Below, in pieces: positions 11,171 to 20,269 of a stretch of 35,003 nt of DNA. The first letter of the stretch is position 1. Each line of letters starts with the position of its first letter. The notes beneath the pieces are model-generated. The model searched no databases, had not been told where the DNA came from, and was given only the letters and a program-made list of their open reading frames with translations. This DNA comes from Alphaproteobacteria bacterium (GTDB lineage: Bacteria; Pseudomonadota; Alphaproteobacteria; Rhodospirillales; Rhodospirillaceae). The DNA is taken from positions 1 through 35,003 of the forward strand of contig QKGW01000032.1 of assembly GCA_003250275.1 (NCBI GenBank), given 5' to 3'. A program made the position numbers and the translations under genes.

Positions 11171-11271
11171 CCGAAGCCTCCACTACCAGCCATTCGGAAA
11201 CCATATCAACCGCAAAAATATGTCGCAATATCAAAATGGTGGAGAGGATCGGAATTCCAAAGGGGGAGAAC

Positions 11272-11301
11272 AAAAAAAACCGGCCCCCGAAGGAGCCGGT
11301 T
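11272..11301 (-). terminator. Rho-independent terminator after fabH
   Basis: Minus strand AACCGGCTCC-TTCG-GGGGCCGGTT hairpin running into an 8-T tract. Confidence 0.88.
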
Positions 11302-11347
11302 CGACCGTACCGCGCGCGGCGGCGAACGGGTTCTAAACGCTAATGAA

Positions 11348-12325
11348 TTACATCCGCACCAGGGCGGAACCCCAGGTGAAGCCGCCGCCCATCGCCTCGA
11401 TCAGGACGACGTGGCCCGCCTTGATCCGGCCGTCGCGCACCGCGGTGTGCAGCGCCAGCGGGATCGACGCGGCGGAGGTGTTGGCGTGCTTGTCGACGGT
11501 CACCACCACCCGGTCCTCGGGGACTCCCGCCTTCTTCGCGGTCGAGGTCAGAATGCGGCGATTGGCCTGGTGCGGCACCAGCCAGTCGAGATCGGCGCCG
11601 GTCATGCCGTTGGCCACGAGCGCCTCGTCGACGACGGTGGCGAGCTTGGTCACGGCGTGACGGAAGACTTCCTTGCCGGTCATGTGGACGTGGCCGACGG
11701 TCTTGGTACGCGACGGACCGCCGTCGACGTAGAGCAGATCGCGGAAGCGGCCGTCGGCGTGCAGGTGGGTCGAGAGAATGCCGGTATCGGCGTTCGTCCC
11801 CTCGCCCGTCGCCGCCTTCAGCACCACGGCGCCGGCGCCATCGCCGAACAGCACGCAGGTGTCGCGGTCGCTCCAGTCGAGGATGCGCGAGAAGGTCTCC
11901 GCGCCGATCACCAGCGCGGTCTTGACCTCACCGCAACGGATGAACTTGTCCGCCGTCGCGAGCGCATAGAGGAAGCCCGAGCACACCGCCTGAACGTCGA
12001 AGGCGAAACCGCCGGGCACTTCGAGGTTGGCCTGCACCTTGGCCGCAGTCGCGGGGAAGGTGTCGTCGGGCGTGGTGGTGCCGACGATGATCAGGTCGAT
12101 CTCGTCGGCGGAGACGCCCGCATCTTCCATCGCCTCGCGCGCGGCGGCGGTGGCGAGGTCCGAGGTCATCTCGTCGTCCGCCGCGATATGACGCTGGCGG
12201 ATGCCCGAGCGCTCGACGATCCATTCGTCGGAGGTATCGACGATCTTGGCCAAATCGTCGTTGGTGACGACGCGCTGGGGCAAATACGCCCCGACGCCCG
12301 CCAGGCGCGAACGGATAATGGTCAT
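11348..12325 (-). CDS. fabH: Beta-ketoacyl-ACP synthase III
   Basis: [19 protein letters not shown] (catalytic Cys), [32 protein letters not shown]. Confidence 0.97.
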   Translation of the reverse strand: MTIIRSRLAGVGAYLPQRVVTNDDLAKIVDTSDEWIVERSGIRQRHIAADDEMTSDLATAAAREAMEDAGVSADEIDLIIVGTTTPDDTFPATAAKVQANLEVPGGFAFDVQAVCSGFLYALATADKFIRCGEVKTALVIGAETFSRILDWSDRDTCVLFGDGAGAVVLKAATGEGTNADTGILSTHLHADGRFRDLLYVDGGPSRTKTVGHVHMTGKEVFRHAVTKLATVVDEALVANGMTGADLDWLVPHQANRRILTSTAKKAGVPEDRVVVTVDKHANTSAASIPLALHTAVRDGRIKAGHVVLIEAMGGGFTWGSALVRM

Positions 12326-13371
12326 ATGGCTTTTACCTCGGCGGTAACGGATTGCGAATTCAGCTTCTTGAGTTCGGTGTTGATCCGCTCGTTGAAGCCG
12401 TTCCGGACCATGTCGACGGCCACCCCGATGGCGTTGGCAAAGCCCAACCCGTCCGTGCCGCCGTGGGACTTGACGACGATTCCGTTAAGGCCGAGGAACA
12501 TTGCGCCGTTGTAGCGGCGGGGATCGGTGCGGTGCCGCACCCTATTCATCGCCGGACGGGCGAGAAGATAGCCGATCTGCGCCAGGATCGAGCTCTTGAA
12601 CGCTTCCTTGAGGAAGCGGCTCATCACCTTGGCGGTGCCTTCCATGGTCTTCAGTGCGACGTTGCCGGTGAACCCGTCGGTCACCACCACGTCCACCGTA
12701 CCGACACCGATGTCGTCGCCCTCGACGAACCCGGCGAAGTTCACGACGCCCTGGGTCCCGCGCAGAATCGCCGCGGCCTCCTTGACCTCGTTGCGCCCCT
12801 TCTGTTCCTCCTCGCCGATATTGAGGAGGCCCACGGTAGGCGAATCGAGATCGAGCAGGCTGCGGGCGAACAGCGTGCCCATCAGCGCGAACTCGACGAG
12901 ATTGTTGGCGTTGCACTCGGTGTTGGCGCCCAGATCGAGCACCACGCTTTCCCCCCGCTGGGTCGGCATCAACGCAGCAATCGCCGGCCGGTCGATTCCG
13001 GGCAGCGTGCGTAGCGCGAGCTTCGCCATCGCCATCAGCGCGCCGGTGTTGCCGGCGGAGACGACGCCGTCGACCTTGCCTTCCTTCACCGCGCGGATCG
13101 CCAGCGCCATGGAGGAATTGCGGCCGTTGCGGAGCGCGACGGAGGGCTTGTCGTTATTGGTAACGACATCCGGCGCGTGGCACAGGGTGACGAGGTCGCG
13201 CAGCGACTTGTAGCGCTTCTCGAGCAGAGGCTCGAGGATCGCTTCGTCGCCGTACAGATGGTAGCGAACGTCCGGGTGGCGCTTGCGCGCGAGGGAAATG
13301 CCGTCCAGAACAATGTCCGGCGCGTCATCGCCCCCCATACCATCCAGCGCGAGCGTGATGGACTTGGCCAC
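12322..13371 (-). CDS. plsX: Phosphate acyltransferase PlsX
   Basis: [55 protein letters not shown] 13371 chosen from the GAAGGGAG RBS; ATGA overlap with fabH. Confidence 0.96.
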   Translation of the reverse strand: MAKSITLALDGMGGDDAPDIVLDGISLARKRHPDVRYHLYGDEAILEPLLEKRYKSLRDLVTLCHAPDVVTNNDKPSVALRNGRNSSMALAIRAVKEGKVDGVVSAGNTGALMAMAKLALRTLPGIDRPAIAALMPTQRGESVVLDLGANTECNANNLVEFALMGTLFARSLLDLDSPTVGLLNIGEEEQKGRNEVKEAAAILRGTQGVVNFAGFVEGDDIGVGTVDVVVTDGFTGNVALKTMEGTAKVMSRFLKEAFKSSILAQIGYLLARPAMNRVRHRTDPRRYNGAMFLGLNGIVVKSHGGTDGLGFANAIGVAVDMVRNGFNERINTELKKLNSQSVTAEVKAI

Positions 13372-13411
13372 CGGCCGGGCTCCCTTCGTCACCGATGTCA
13401 CGCGAGGTCGC

Positions 13412-13591
13412 TTACGCGACCTGCGTCACGACTTCACGACCGTCGTACTGGCCGCAGGAGGCGCACACGTGGTGCGGACGCTTCAGCTCGCCGCAGTTCG
13501 GGCACTCGACGTAGCTCGACGCCTTGAGGGCGTGGTGCGAGCGACGCATGTTGCGCTTCGACTTCGACGTCTTTTTCTTTGGAACAGCCAT
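13412..13591 (-). CDS. rpmF: 50S ribosomal protein L32 (zinc-ribbon form)
   Basis: [20 protein letters not shown]...CPNC...[12 protein letters not shown]. Confidence 0.97.
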   Translation of the reverse strand: MAVPKKKTSKSKRNMRRSHHALKASSYVECPNCGELKRPHHVCASCGQYDGREVVTQVA

Positions 13592-13638
13592 TGGCTCTCT
13601 CTCTTTTCGTTCTTGAAGGGTTCCCAAGAAGGCCGGAT

Positions 13639-13667
13639 TAATTAGACGAAATCCGGCCCAAGGGCAA
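13639..13667 (-). promoter_or_regulatory. Candidate sigma70 promoter of rpmF-plsX-fabH
   Basis: Minus strand TTGCCC-N17-TAATTA, overlapped by a 9-bp inverted repeat. Confidence 0.5.
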
Positions 13668-13690
13668 GCGTTATGCGCAAACGCCGCCCA

Positions 13691-14260
13691 TCACGTTTCG
13701 TTACCGTCCGTATCCGAGCCTTCCCCGCCCTGCAAAGCCTTCAGCGCGGCGAAAGGATTTCGTTTCGGTTCATCGGGTTCCGGGTCATCCGGGGCCTCGA
13801 AAACCGCGTCGGCGCGGCGCGGATACGGGTCGAGCGCGAGTGCGAGGCATTCGGAAATCGCGGCGCCCACGTCGAAGCTGCCGCGCACGATCGGATCCGG
13901 CACCGGCTCGTCGCTGTAGAGGTCTTCCTCGCTCATCACGTATTCGTCTTCCGCGTCGATCAGCGATTCGTCGAGGAACAGCAGTTCGAGCGGTTCGTCG
14001 ACGGTTTCGGGCACGGGTTCGAGGGAGACGATGCAGGCCTGCGTGACCTGGGCGCGCAGCGACCCGACGCCGGCGACGCGGCGGCCGCCGTCCGACACCG
14101 TCAGCATCAGCTCCGCGGCGAGGGATTCGCACGACAGGATCCCCATGCGCACGGCGAGCGCGGCGCACTCCTCGGGCGTGGCCTCAAGCGCGATCGCGAG
14201 GCCTTCCGCGGGGATCTTGCGCACCTGGTAGACGCGCGAGAATTCTTCCTGAACCGTCAT
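13691..14260 (-). CDS. DUF177 / YceD family protein
   Basis: QACIVSLEP, LALALDPYPR, C-terminal NPFAALKAL; directly upstream of rpmF. Confidence 0.92.
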   Translation of the reverse strand: MTVQEEFSRVYQVRKIPAEGLAIALEATPEECAALAVRMGILSCESLAAELMLTVSDGGRRVAGVGSLRAQVTQACIVSLEPVPETVDEPLELLFLDESLIDAEDEYVMSEEDLYSDEPVPDPIVRGSFDVGAAISECLALALDPYPRRADAVFEAPDDPEPDEPKRNPFAALKALQGGEGSDTDGNET

Positions 14261-14814
14261 TGCGTTACTGAAACCTTCTCGACTGCAATCTCGGGAAACG
14301 CGAATGCCCCGGCGACGATATCGTCGTCGGTTTGCGCTGCCAGGGCGGTTTCCGCGTCAACCATATACTGCGTCAGCGCCGCGACCGCCACCGTGTTCTC
14401 GCCCTCGCCGCGAAACACGTTGCGCCCGATCGCCTCGGCGAGCCCCGCTCCGCCCTCGGCAAGACCGGCGTCGTAGGCGGCGACGCGCCCGAGAAACGCC
14501 TTCGCGAGCTTCTTCACTTCCTTGCCGATGCGGATGTCGGAAACTCCGAGCTGGCGCAGCGCCGCGTCGAGGTCGAGGAACATCGTGTCGAAAATCGCCT
14601 GGCCGAGCGCCGCGGCCTCCTCGGTGCCGATCGCCTTGATCCGCCGCAGCGCGAGAAAGGCATGGACGCAGAGCACATCGAAGCGCCCGTCGAGAGTGTC
14701 GGCGACGCCGCAACCGCTGTAGAATTCCGGGCGGCGCGAGGCCGCGAGAATCGCCGCGTAGGCCGCCTCCGCGCGCCTGGGCGCGACGTGCGAAGATTTG
14801 CGGAACAAGCCCAA
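14257..14814 (-). CDS. Ubiquinol-cytochrome c chaperone (Cbp3-like) family protein
   Basis: SRRPEFY..CGVADTLDGRFD...H...LDAALRQLGVSDIRIGKEVKKL...GRVAAYD. TTG start at 14814 with GAGGAG 6 nt upstream. The bamE/cbp3/yceD arrangement is conserved. Confidence 0.88.
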   Translation of the reverse strand: MGLFRKSSHVAPRRAEAAYAAILAASRRPEFYSGCGVADTLDGRFDVLCVHAFLALRRIKAIGTEEAAALGQAIFDTMFLDLDAALRQLGVSDIRIGKEVKKLAKAFLGRVAAYDAGLAEGGAGLAEAIGRNVFRGEGENTVAVAALTQYMVDAETALAAQTDDDIVAGAFAFPEIAVEKVSVTQ

Positions 14815-14910
14815 TCCGTCCTCCTCGTCGGCGTCCGCGCGAAGCGGCTTCCGTCGTCGCGCGAGCTGTTCTATATAGGACCGTCGAGACGCCGATGGAG
14901 ACGAGGTAGC

Positions 14911-15390
14911 ATGAACAGGAACTCCACGAAATCCCGAATTTGGGCAGCCGCCGGGATTTTCCTCATCGGCGCGACCGCCGCCGCGTGCAGCCCGCGCGTC
15001 ACCGCCGCGGGCAACAAGCCGCTCGAGAGCGAAGTCGCGCGGATCAAACCGGGCGAGCAGACCCGTTCCGACGTCCGCCAGATCCTCGGCTCCCCCTCCT
15101 CGCGCTCGCTCTACGGCAACGAGGTGTGGTTCTACATCAGCTCGACTCAGGAGGTCGTGGCGTTCTTCGCGCCCGAGGAGACCGACCGCAAGGTCGTCGC
15201 GATCGCGTTCGACCAGCAGGGCGTGGTCACGGATGTGCGCCAACTCGGCCTCGACGACGCCGAGGCCTTGGCGATGTCGGAAAAGAAAACCCCGACCGCG
15301 GGCCACAACATGACGATCGTCGAGCAGATGGTCGGCAACATCGGCCGCTTCAATTCGGGCCCGGAGAAAAAGGGCGGCAGTGCCCAGTAG
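14911..15390 (+). CDS. bamE: Outer-membrane assembly lipoprotein BamE (SmpA/OmlA)
   Basis: Lipobox AAAC, then TRSDVRQILGSPS...WFYIS...VAIAFDQQGVV. Start ATG 14911 with GAGG RBS. Confidence 0.92.
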   Translation: MNRNSTKSRIWAAAGIFLIGATAAACSPRVTAAGNKPLESEVARIKPGEQTRSDVRQILGSPSSRSLYGNEVWFYISSTQEVVAFFAPEETDRKVVAIAFDQQGVVTDVRQLGLDDAEALAMSEKKTPTAGHNMTIVEQMVGNIGRFNSGPEKKGGSAQ

Positions 15391-15415
15391 GCTGCGCCCC
15401 CTGCCCCGCACGGCC

Positions 15416-15454
15416 ACGAAAAACGCCCCCGAATTTCTCCGGGGGCGTTTTCGT
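15416..15454. terminator. Bidirectional terminator between convergent bamE and hppA
   Basis: ACGAAAAACGCCCCC-gaatttctcc-GGGGGCGTTTTCGT hairpin with A and T runs on either side. Confidence 0.85.
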
Positions 15455-15471
15455 ATCGGGTGCGGTGCGGA

Positions 15472-17571
15472 TCAGGCGATCATTGCCAGCAGCAGCAGCG
15501 CCACGATGTTGATGATCTTGATCATCGGGTTGACCGCCGGACCGGCGGTGTCCTTGTAGGGATCGCCGACGGTGTCGCCGGTGACCGCAGCCTTGTGAGC
15601 CTCGGAACCCTTGCCGCCGAAGTGGCCGTCCTCGATGTACTTCTTAGCGTTGTCCCAGGCGCCGCCGCCCGAGGTCATCGACAGGGCGACGAACAGGCCG
15701 GTGACGATGGTGCCGAGCAGCATCGCGCCGAGAGAGGTGAGCGCGGCGCCGGTGCCGGCGATCGCCCACATCACGAAGTAGAGAACCACCGGAGCGGCGA
15801 CCGGCAGCAGCGACGGAATCAGCATTTCCTTGATCGCGGCCTTGGTCAGCATGTCGACGGCGCGGCTGTAGTCGGGCTTCGCCGTGCCTTCCATGATGCC
15901 GGGGATTTCCTTGAACTGACGGCGCACTTCCTTCACCACCGAACCGGCGGCGCGGCCCACGGCCATCATGCCCATCGAGCCGAACAGGTACGGCAGCATA
16001 CCGCCGAGGAAGAGGCCGACGACGACGAACGGATCCTGCAGCTCGAAGCGGAAGCTGAGGTCCGGGAAGTAGTGTTCGAGGTCGGCGACGTAGGCGGAGA
16101 ACAGCACCAGCGCGGCGAGACCGGCGGACCCGATCGCGTAGCCCTTGGTCACCGCCTTGGTGGTGTTGCCGACCGCGTCGAGGGCGTCGGTGGTGACGCG
16201 CACGTCGTCCGGCAGTTCCGCCATCTCGGCGATGCCGCCGGCGTTGTCGGTGACCGGGCCGTAGGCGTCGAGCGCGACGACGATGCCGGTGAGCGCGAGC
16301 ATCGTGGTCGCCGCGATGGCGATGCCGTAGATGCCGGCGATCAGGTAGGTGGAGATGATGCCCGCACAGATCACCACGACCGGCAGGGCCGGCGCTTCCA
16401 TCGAGACCGCGAGGCCCTGGATGACGTTGGTGCCGTGGCCGGTTTCGGAAGCCTTAGCGACCGAGGTCACCGGACGGTGGCCGGTGCCGGTGTAGTACTC
16501 GGAGATCCAGACGATCAGGCCGGTGACGACGAGGCCGATGATCGCGCAGAGGATCAGGCCGCCCGAGGTCAACACAGCGCCGGACTTGAGCACCAGCTCG
16601 GTGCCGAAGCCGCCGAACAGCGCGACGATGGCGAGAATCACCAGAACCGCCGAGATGCCCGCCGAAGCGAGGAAGCCCTTGTAGAGGGCGTTCATGATGT
16701 TGTTCGACGCACCGAGCTTGACGAAGAAGGTGCCCGCGACGGAAGCGATCACGCACACGCCGCAGATCAGGAGCGGCAGCGCCATGGCCTTGGTAAGGTA
16801 TTCGGGAGCGAAGAAGATCGACGCCAGCAGCATCGTGGCGACCACGGTGACGGCGTAGGTCTCGAACAGGTCGGCGGCCATGCCGGCGCAGTCGCCGACG
16901 TTGTCGCCGACGTTGTCGGCGATCACCGCCGGGTTGCGCGGATCGTCCTCGGGGATGCCCGCCTCGACCTTGCCGACGAGATCGGCGCCCACGTCCGCGC
17001 CCTTGGTGAAGATGCCGCCGCCGAGACGCGCGAAGATCGAGATCAGCGAAGCGCCGAACGACAGGGCGACCAGCGCTTCCATGATCTGACGCAGATCGCT
17101 CGTCACCGACGCATCGAACACGCCGCGCAGGATCAGGTAGTACACGGTGACGCCGAGAAGACCGAGGCCGACCACCAGGAGGCCGGTGACCGCGCCCGAC
17201 TTGAACGCGACGTCGAGCGCAGGCGCCAGGCCGCCGGTCCGCGCCGCATCAGCGGTACGGACGTTGGCGCGGACCGAAACGTTCATGCCGATGTAGCCGG
17301 CGATGCCCGAAAGGACCGAGCCGATGACGAAGCCCATGGTGACGTGGAAGCCGAGGATGATCCCCAGCAGCACGGCGACGACGACGCCAACCCCGGCGAT
17401 GGTGGTGTACTGGCGATTAAGGTAGGCGGACGCGCCTTCCTGAATCGCCGCAGCGATATCCTGCATCCTCTCGTTGCCTGCCTCGGCATCGAGGATCGAG
17501 CGGATAGCCCACGCGCCGTAGGCCAGCGCGCCGATCCCGCACAGGATGACGAAGATGTACAATGCGGCCAT
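15472..17571 (-). CDS. hppA: Membrane-bound proton-translocating pyrophosphatase, K+-independent type
   Basis: [75 protein letters not shown]; many TM helices. Confidence 0.97.
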   Translation of the reverse strand: MAALYIFVILCGIGALAYGAWAIRSILDAEAGNERMQDIAAAIQEGASAYLNRQYTTIAGVGVVVAVLLGIILGFHVTMGFVIGSVLSGIAGYIGMNVSVRANVRTADAARTGGLAPALDVAFKSGAVTGLLVVGLGLLGVTVYYLILRGVFDASVTSDLRQIMEALVALSFGASLISIFARLGGGIFTKGADVGADLVGKVEAGIPEDDPRNPAVIADNVGDNVGDCAGMAADLFETYAVTVVATMLLASIFFAPEYLTKAMALPLLICGVCVIASVAGTFFVKLGASNNIMNALYKGFLASAGISAVLVILAIVALFGGFGTELVLKSGAVLTSGGLILCAIIGLVVTGLIVWISEYYTGTGHRPVTSVAKASETGHGTNVIQGLAVSMEAPALPVVVICAGIISTYLIAGIYGIAIAATTMLALTGIVVALDAYGPVTDNAGGIAEMAELPDDVRVTTDALDAVGNTTKAVTKGYAIGSAGLAALVLFSAYVADLEHYFPDLSFRFELQDPFVVVGLFLGGMLPYLFGSMGMMAVGRAAGSVVKEVRRQFKEIPGIMEGTAKPDYSRAVDMLTKAAIKEMLIPSLLPVAAPVVLYFVMWAIAGTGAALTSLGAMLLGTIVTGLFVALSMTSGGGAWDNAKKYIEDGHFGGKGSEAHKAAVTGDTVGDPYKDTAGPAVNPMIKIINIVALLLLAMIA

Positions 17572-17761
17572 GTAATGGTTCTCCCGAAACGGACAAAAGG
17601 GGCACTGCCGGGAGCAGTCGATGCCCCGCGGCCGCGGACCCCATCGCGTGGCGGCGCCGTTGCAGCGCCCCCTGGAAAAGTCGCAAGATATTGCCTGAAT
17701 TTCGCGCCGACCGGAACCGGAAACCGCGCAAAACGCGGTAAAAGGCTCGGGTTTTTCGCCT

Positions 17762-18214
17762 CTACATTTCGATATAGGACTGGATCAGAACGTCCTCGAC
17801 GCCGTCGCCGAGAGTCCGCTTGGCGAGCGCGAGCAGCGTCGCCTTGAGGCGCGGCAACTCCATCTTCGGATGATCGACGAAGTACTCCGAAAAGAAGCTC
17901 ATCCCGAAGTTGATCACCGCGTCGCGCAGGCGCGGCAGTTCTTCCGTCGCCTTCGCTTCGATCTCGGGCCTCACCACGATGGTGCAGGTGAAAATCACCT
18001 GACGCTGCAGCTTGCCGTCGATCATCACCGGCAGGTTGACGGTCTCGAGATGCACCGTGGTGGGTTTGACCGGCTGCGGCGGTGGCGGTGGTGGCGGCGC
18101 TTCCGCCACCTTGGGCGCGAGGCCGAGGACCTCGGGCATGAACATGTAGAGCCCGCCGAGGCTTCCGCCGACGAGCAGGAGAACGATGGCGGCGATGACG
18201 ATGACGCGTTTCAC
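17762..18214 (-). CDS. FliL-like single-pass membrane protein
   Basis: N-terminal TM ending GGSLGG, poly-Pro linker, then a beta-rich domain with PRLRDAV and a terminal VEDVLIQSY, which matches FliL architecture. The GTG start overlaps the thiL TGA. Confidence 0.72.
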   Translation of the reverse strand: MKRVIVIAAIVLLLVGGSLGGLYMFMPEVLGLAPKVAEAPPPPPPPQPVKPTTVHLETVNLPVMIDGKLQRQVIFTCTIVVRPEIEAKATEELPRLRDAVINFGMSFFSEYFVDHPKMELPRLKATLLALAKRTLGDGVEDVLIQSYIEM

Positions 18215-19221
18215 GGCTCGGCGGATCCGTTGGCTTCCGCGCCGTGGCGATGCCCGCCCGGCACGGCGACGAGTTGACGGCGCCCGGTCTCGTAGCGATA
18301 GACGCGCCCCTCCCCGGCTTCGGCGCGGCCGATCGCGGTGACCGGTACGCCGACGGCGGCGAGGCTCTCGAAGATGGCGGAGAAGTCGTCGATGGCGCAG
18401 GAGAAGGCGAGTTCGTAGTCGTCGCCGCCGGTGAGCGCGCGCTCCTTCGCCGCGGGGTCGATCTCGAACCAGCGCGCCGCGGCCTGCGAGAACGGCACGC
18501 GCCGCGCGTCGAGGAGGATGTCGACCTTGGAAGTCTCCGCGAGATGGCGGAGATCGCCGAGCAGGCCGTCGGAGACGTCGAGCGCCGCGTGCGCGCGGGC
18601 GGCGAGGATTTCGCCGACGGCAATGCGCGGCGTCGGGTGACGGTAGCGATCGAGCAGATAGGCGCGATCGGCGCCGTCGAGGCTCTCGGGCGCGGCCGCG
18701 CGCTGCATGTCGAGGCCGAGCGCCGCGTCGCCGATGGTGCCGGTCACGGCGATCACGTCGCCGTCGCGCACGCCGGAACGGCGCAGCCCCTGCCCCGCCG
18801 GCACTTCGCCGATGGCGGTGATGCTGAGGGTGAGCGGACCGGGCGTCGCGACCACGTCGCCGCCCGCGAGGGCGACCCCGAACGCCTGCAAATCCTCACC
18901 CAGCCCCTCGGAAAAGGCGTTGAGCCAGGCCTTGTCGAGATCGTTGGGGAACGCGCAGGTGAGAAACACGCAGCGCGGCTTCGCCCCCATCGCCGCGAGA
19001 TCGGAAAGGTTGACCCGGAGCGCCTTCTTCGCGATCGAGCCGGGCGGATCGTCGGGGAAGAAGTGCACTCCGGCGACCAACGCGTCGGCGGTCACCACCC
19101 AATCGGTGTGGGGTGCGGGCGCGAGGATCGCCGCGTCGTCGGTGAGCTGGAAGGCCCCCGGCTCCGCGACCGACAGCGGGCGGAAGCAGGCGGAAATCAG
19201 CCCGAATTCGTCCCACGGCAT
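18211..19221 (-). CDS. thiL: Thiamine-monophosphate kinase
   Basis: EFGLI, DDAA, DALVAGVHF, NLSDLAAMGA, GGD, DVSDGL, GGDDYEL. Start ATG 19221 with GGAGGGAG RBS. Confidence 0.96.
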   Translation of the reverse strand: MPWDEFGLISACFRPLSVAEPGAFQLTDDAAILAPAPHTDWVVTADALVAGVHFFPDDPPGSIAKKALRVNLSDLAAMGAKPRCVFLTCAFPNDLDKAWLNAFSEGLGEDLQAFGVALAGGDVVATPGPLTLSITAIGEVPAGQGLRRSGVRDGDVIAVTGTIGDAALGLDMQRAAAPESLDGADRAYLLDRYRHPTPRIAVGEILAARAHAALDVSDGLLGDLRHLAETSKVDILLDARRVPFSQAAARWFEIDPAAKERALTGGDDYELAFSCAIDDFSAIFESLAAVGVPVTAIGRAEAGEGRVYRYETGRRQLVAVPGGHRHGAEANGSAEP

Positions 19222-19247
19222 CGCAGCGCTCCCTCCACTACGCCGGA

Positions 19248-19760
19248 TCAGGCGCCCTCGCCCAATTCGTCGGCGCGCACCGCCTTGGCGACGCGATCGA
19301 GGACGGCGTTGACCAGCTTGGGCTCGGGCCCGCCGAAGAAGGCGTGCGCGATGTCGACGTACTCCGAGATCACCACCTTGGGCGGCACGTCGAGGCAACG
19401 GGTCATCTCGAACACGCCGACCCGCAGGATCGAGGTGAGGATCGCCTCGAGGCGCGCGGTGGTGCGGTCGCCTTCGAGCGAGGCGTTGATGGTTTCGTCG
19501 ATCGCCGCCTTGGCGTCGACGGTGCCGCGCACCAGGGCGGTGAACACGGTCGGATCCGGCGGCACCAGGGGCGTCACCAGTTCCTTGTCGCCGTCTTCCT
19601 GCAGGGCGCTGCTGCCCAGGCGTTCGTTGAGGAAATCCGACAGCACGTCGGTCAGCGGGCGATCCGTAAATTCGGTCAGGTACAAGGCCTGAACCGCGCA
19701 TAGCCGAGCCGCGCTGCGGCGCGAGCGGCGGCTAAAACTCTCTTTCTTCGGGTCGCTCAT
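19248..19760 (-). CDS. nusB: Transcription antitermination factor NusB
   Basis: RSAARLCAVQALY, ILRVGVFEM, VPPKVVISEYVDIA, KLVNAVLD. Confidence 0.96.
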   Translation of the reverse strand: MSDPKKESFSRRSRRSAARLCAVQALYLTEFTDRPLTDVLSDFLNERLGSSALQEDGDKELVTPLVPPDPTVFTALVRGTVDAKAAIDETINASLEGDRTTARLEAILTSILRVGVFEMTRCLDVPPKVVISEYVDIAHAFFGGPEPKLVNAVLDRVAKAVRADELGEGA

Positions 19761-19796
19761 CGAGGTCCTAACAGGTTGTCAAAACGCATGGCCTCG

Positions 19797-20252
19797 TCAG
19801 AGGCCGAGTTCCTTCTTCACCGCGATCATGCGGAGCGCGGTTTCGGCGGCGAGGCCGCCAAAGTTGCCGTCGTCGACGCGGGCGCGCGCAAGCGCGAGCT
19901 CGTCGTTCGGACAGGTGAGAATGCCGTTGCCGATCGCCAACGAGAATTGCAGCGCGAGCTGTTGCACCCCACTCATCGCCTGGGTGCAGGCGTGTTCGTA
20001 GTAATCGGTTTCGCCCTTGATCGCGCAGCCGAGCACGACGTAGCCGGCGAAGCGCTGATCGGTGGCGCGCACTTCCATCGAGCGCACCGCGAACCGGATC
20101 ACCGCGGGGATTTCAAGAATGCTCGGAACGATGATGCGCTTGTACCCGGCACCGTGGCGGGTCAGCATCTCGACCGCGCCGCGCACGAGTTCATCGGTGA
20201 TGTCGTCGTGGACGCGAGCTTCGACGATCAGCAGGCGCGGGCCTTCACTCAT
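19797..20252 (-). CDS. ribH: Lumazine synthase-like protein (RibH fold) with a divergent active site
   Basis: LIVEAR...VP..LEIP...LGCAIKGET...GNGILT...ARA. Lies between ribB and nusB. Several catalytic positions are substituted (see findings). Confidence 0.88.
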   Translation of the reverse strand: MSEGPRLLIVEARVHDDITDELVRGAVEMLTRHGAGYKRIIVPSILEIPAVIRFAVRSMEVRATDQRFAGYVVLGCAIKGETDYYEHACTQAMSGVQQLALQFSLAIGNGILTCPNDELALARARVDDGNFGGLAAETALRMIAVKKELGL

Positions 20253-20269
20253 TGCGCATCTCCTTCTGG

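Noticed and set aside
17692-17708. NtrC-like site TGCCTGAATTTCGCGCC upstream of hppA
   Set aside because: Single imperfect match with no partner site or sigma54 GG-N10-GC promoter that I could support.
15460-17847. 795-aa ORF antisense to hppA, and similar shadows over fabH, thiL, rib genes, glyA and ilvA
   Set aside because: Same shadow effect. Each fully overlaps a confidently identified gene on the other strand.
18073-18100. (GGT/GGC)n trinucleotide-like run
   Set aside because: It simply encodes the poly-proline linker of the FliL-like protein with mixed codons and is not a phase-variable tract.
19761-19782. TTGACA on the minus strand upstream of nusB
   Set aside because: The matching -10 position falls on the start codon, so there is no credible promoter geometry.
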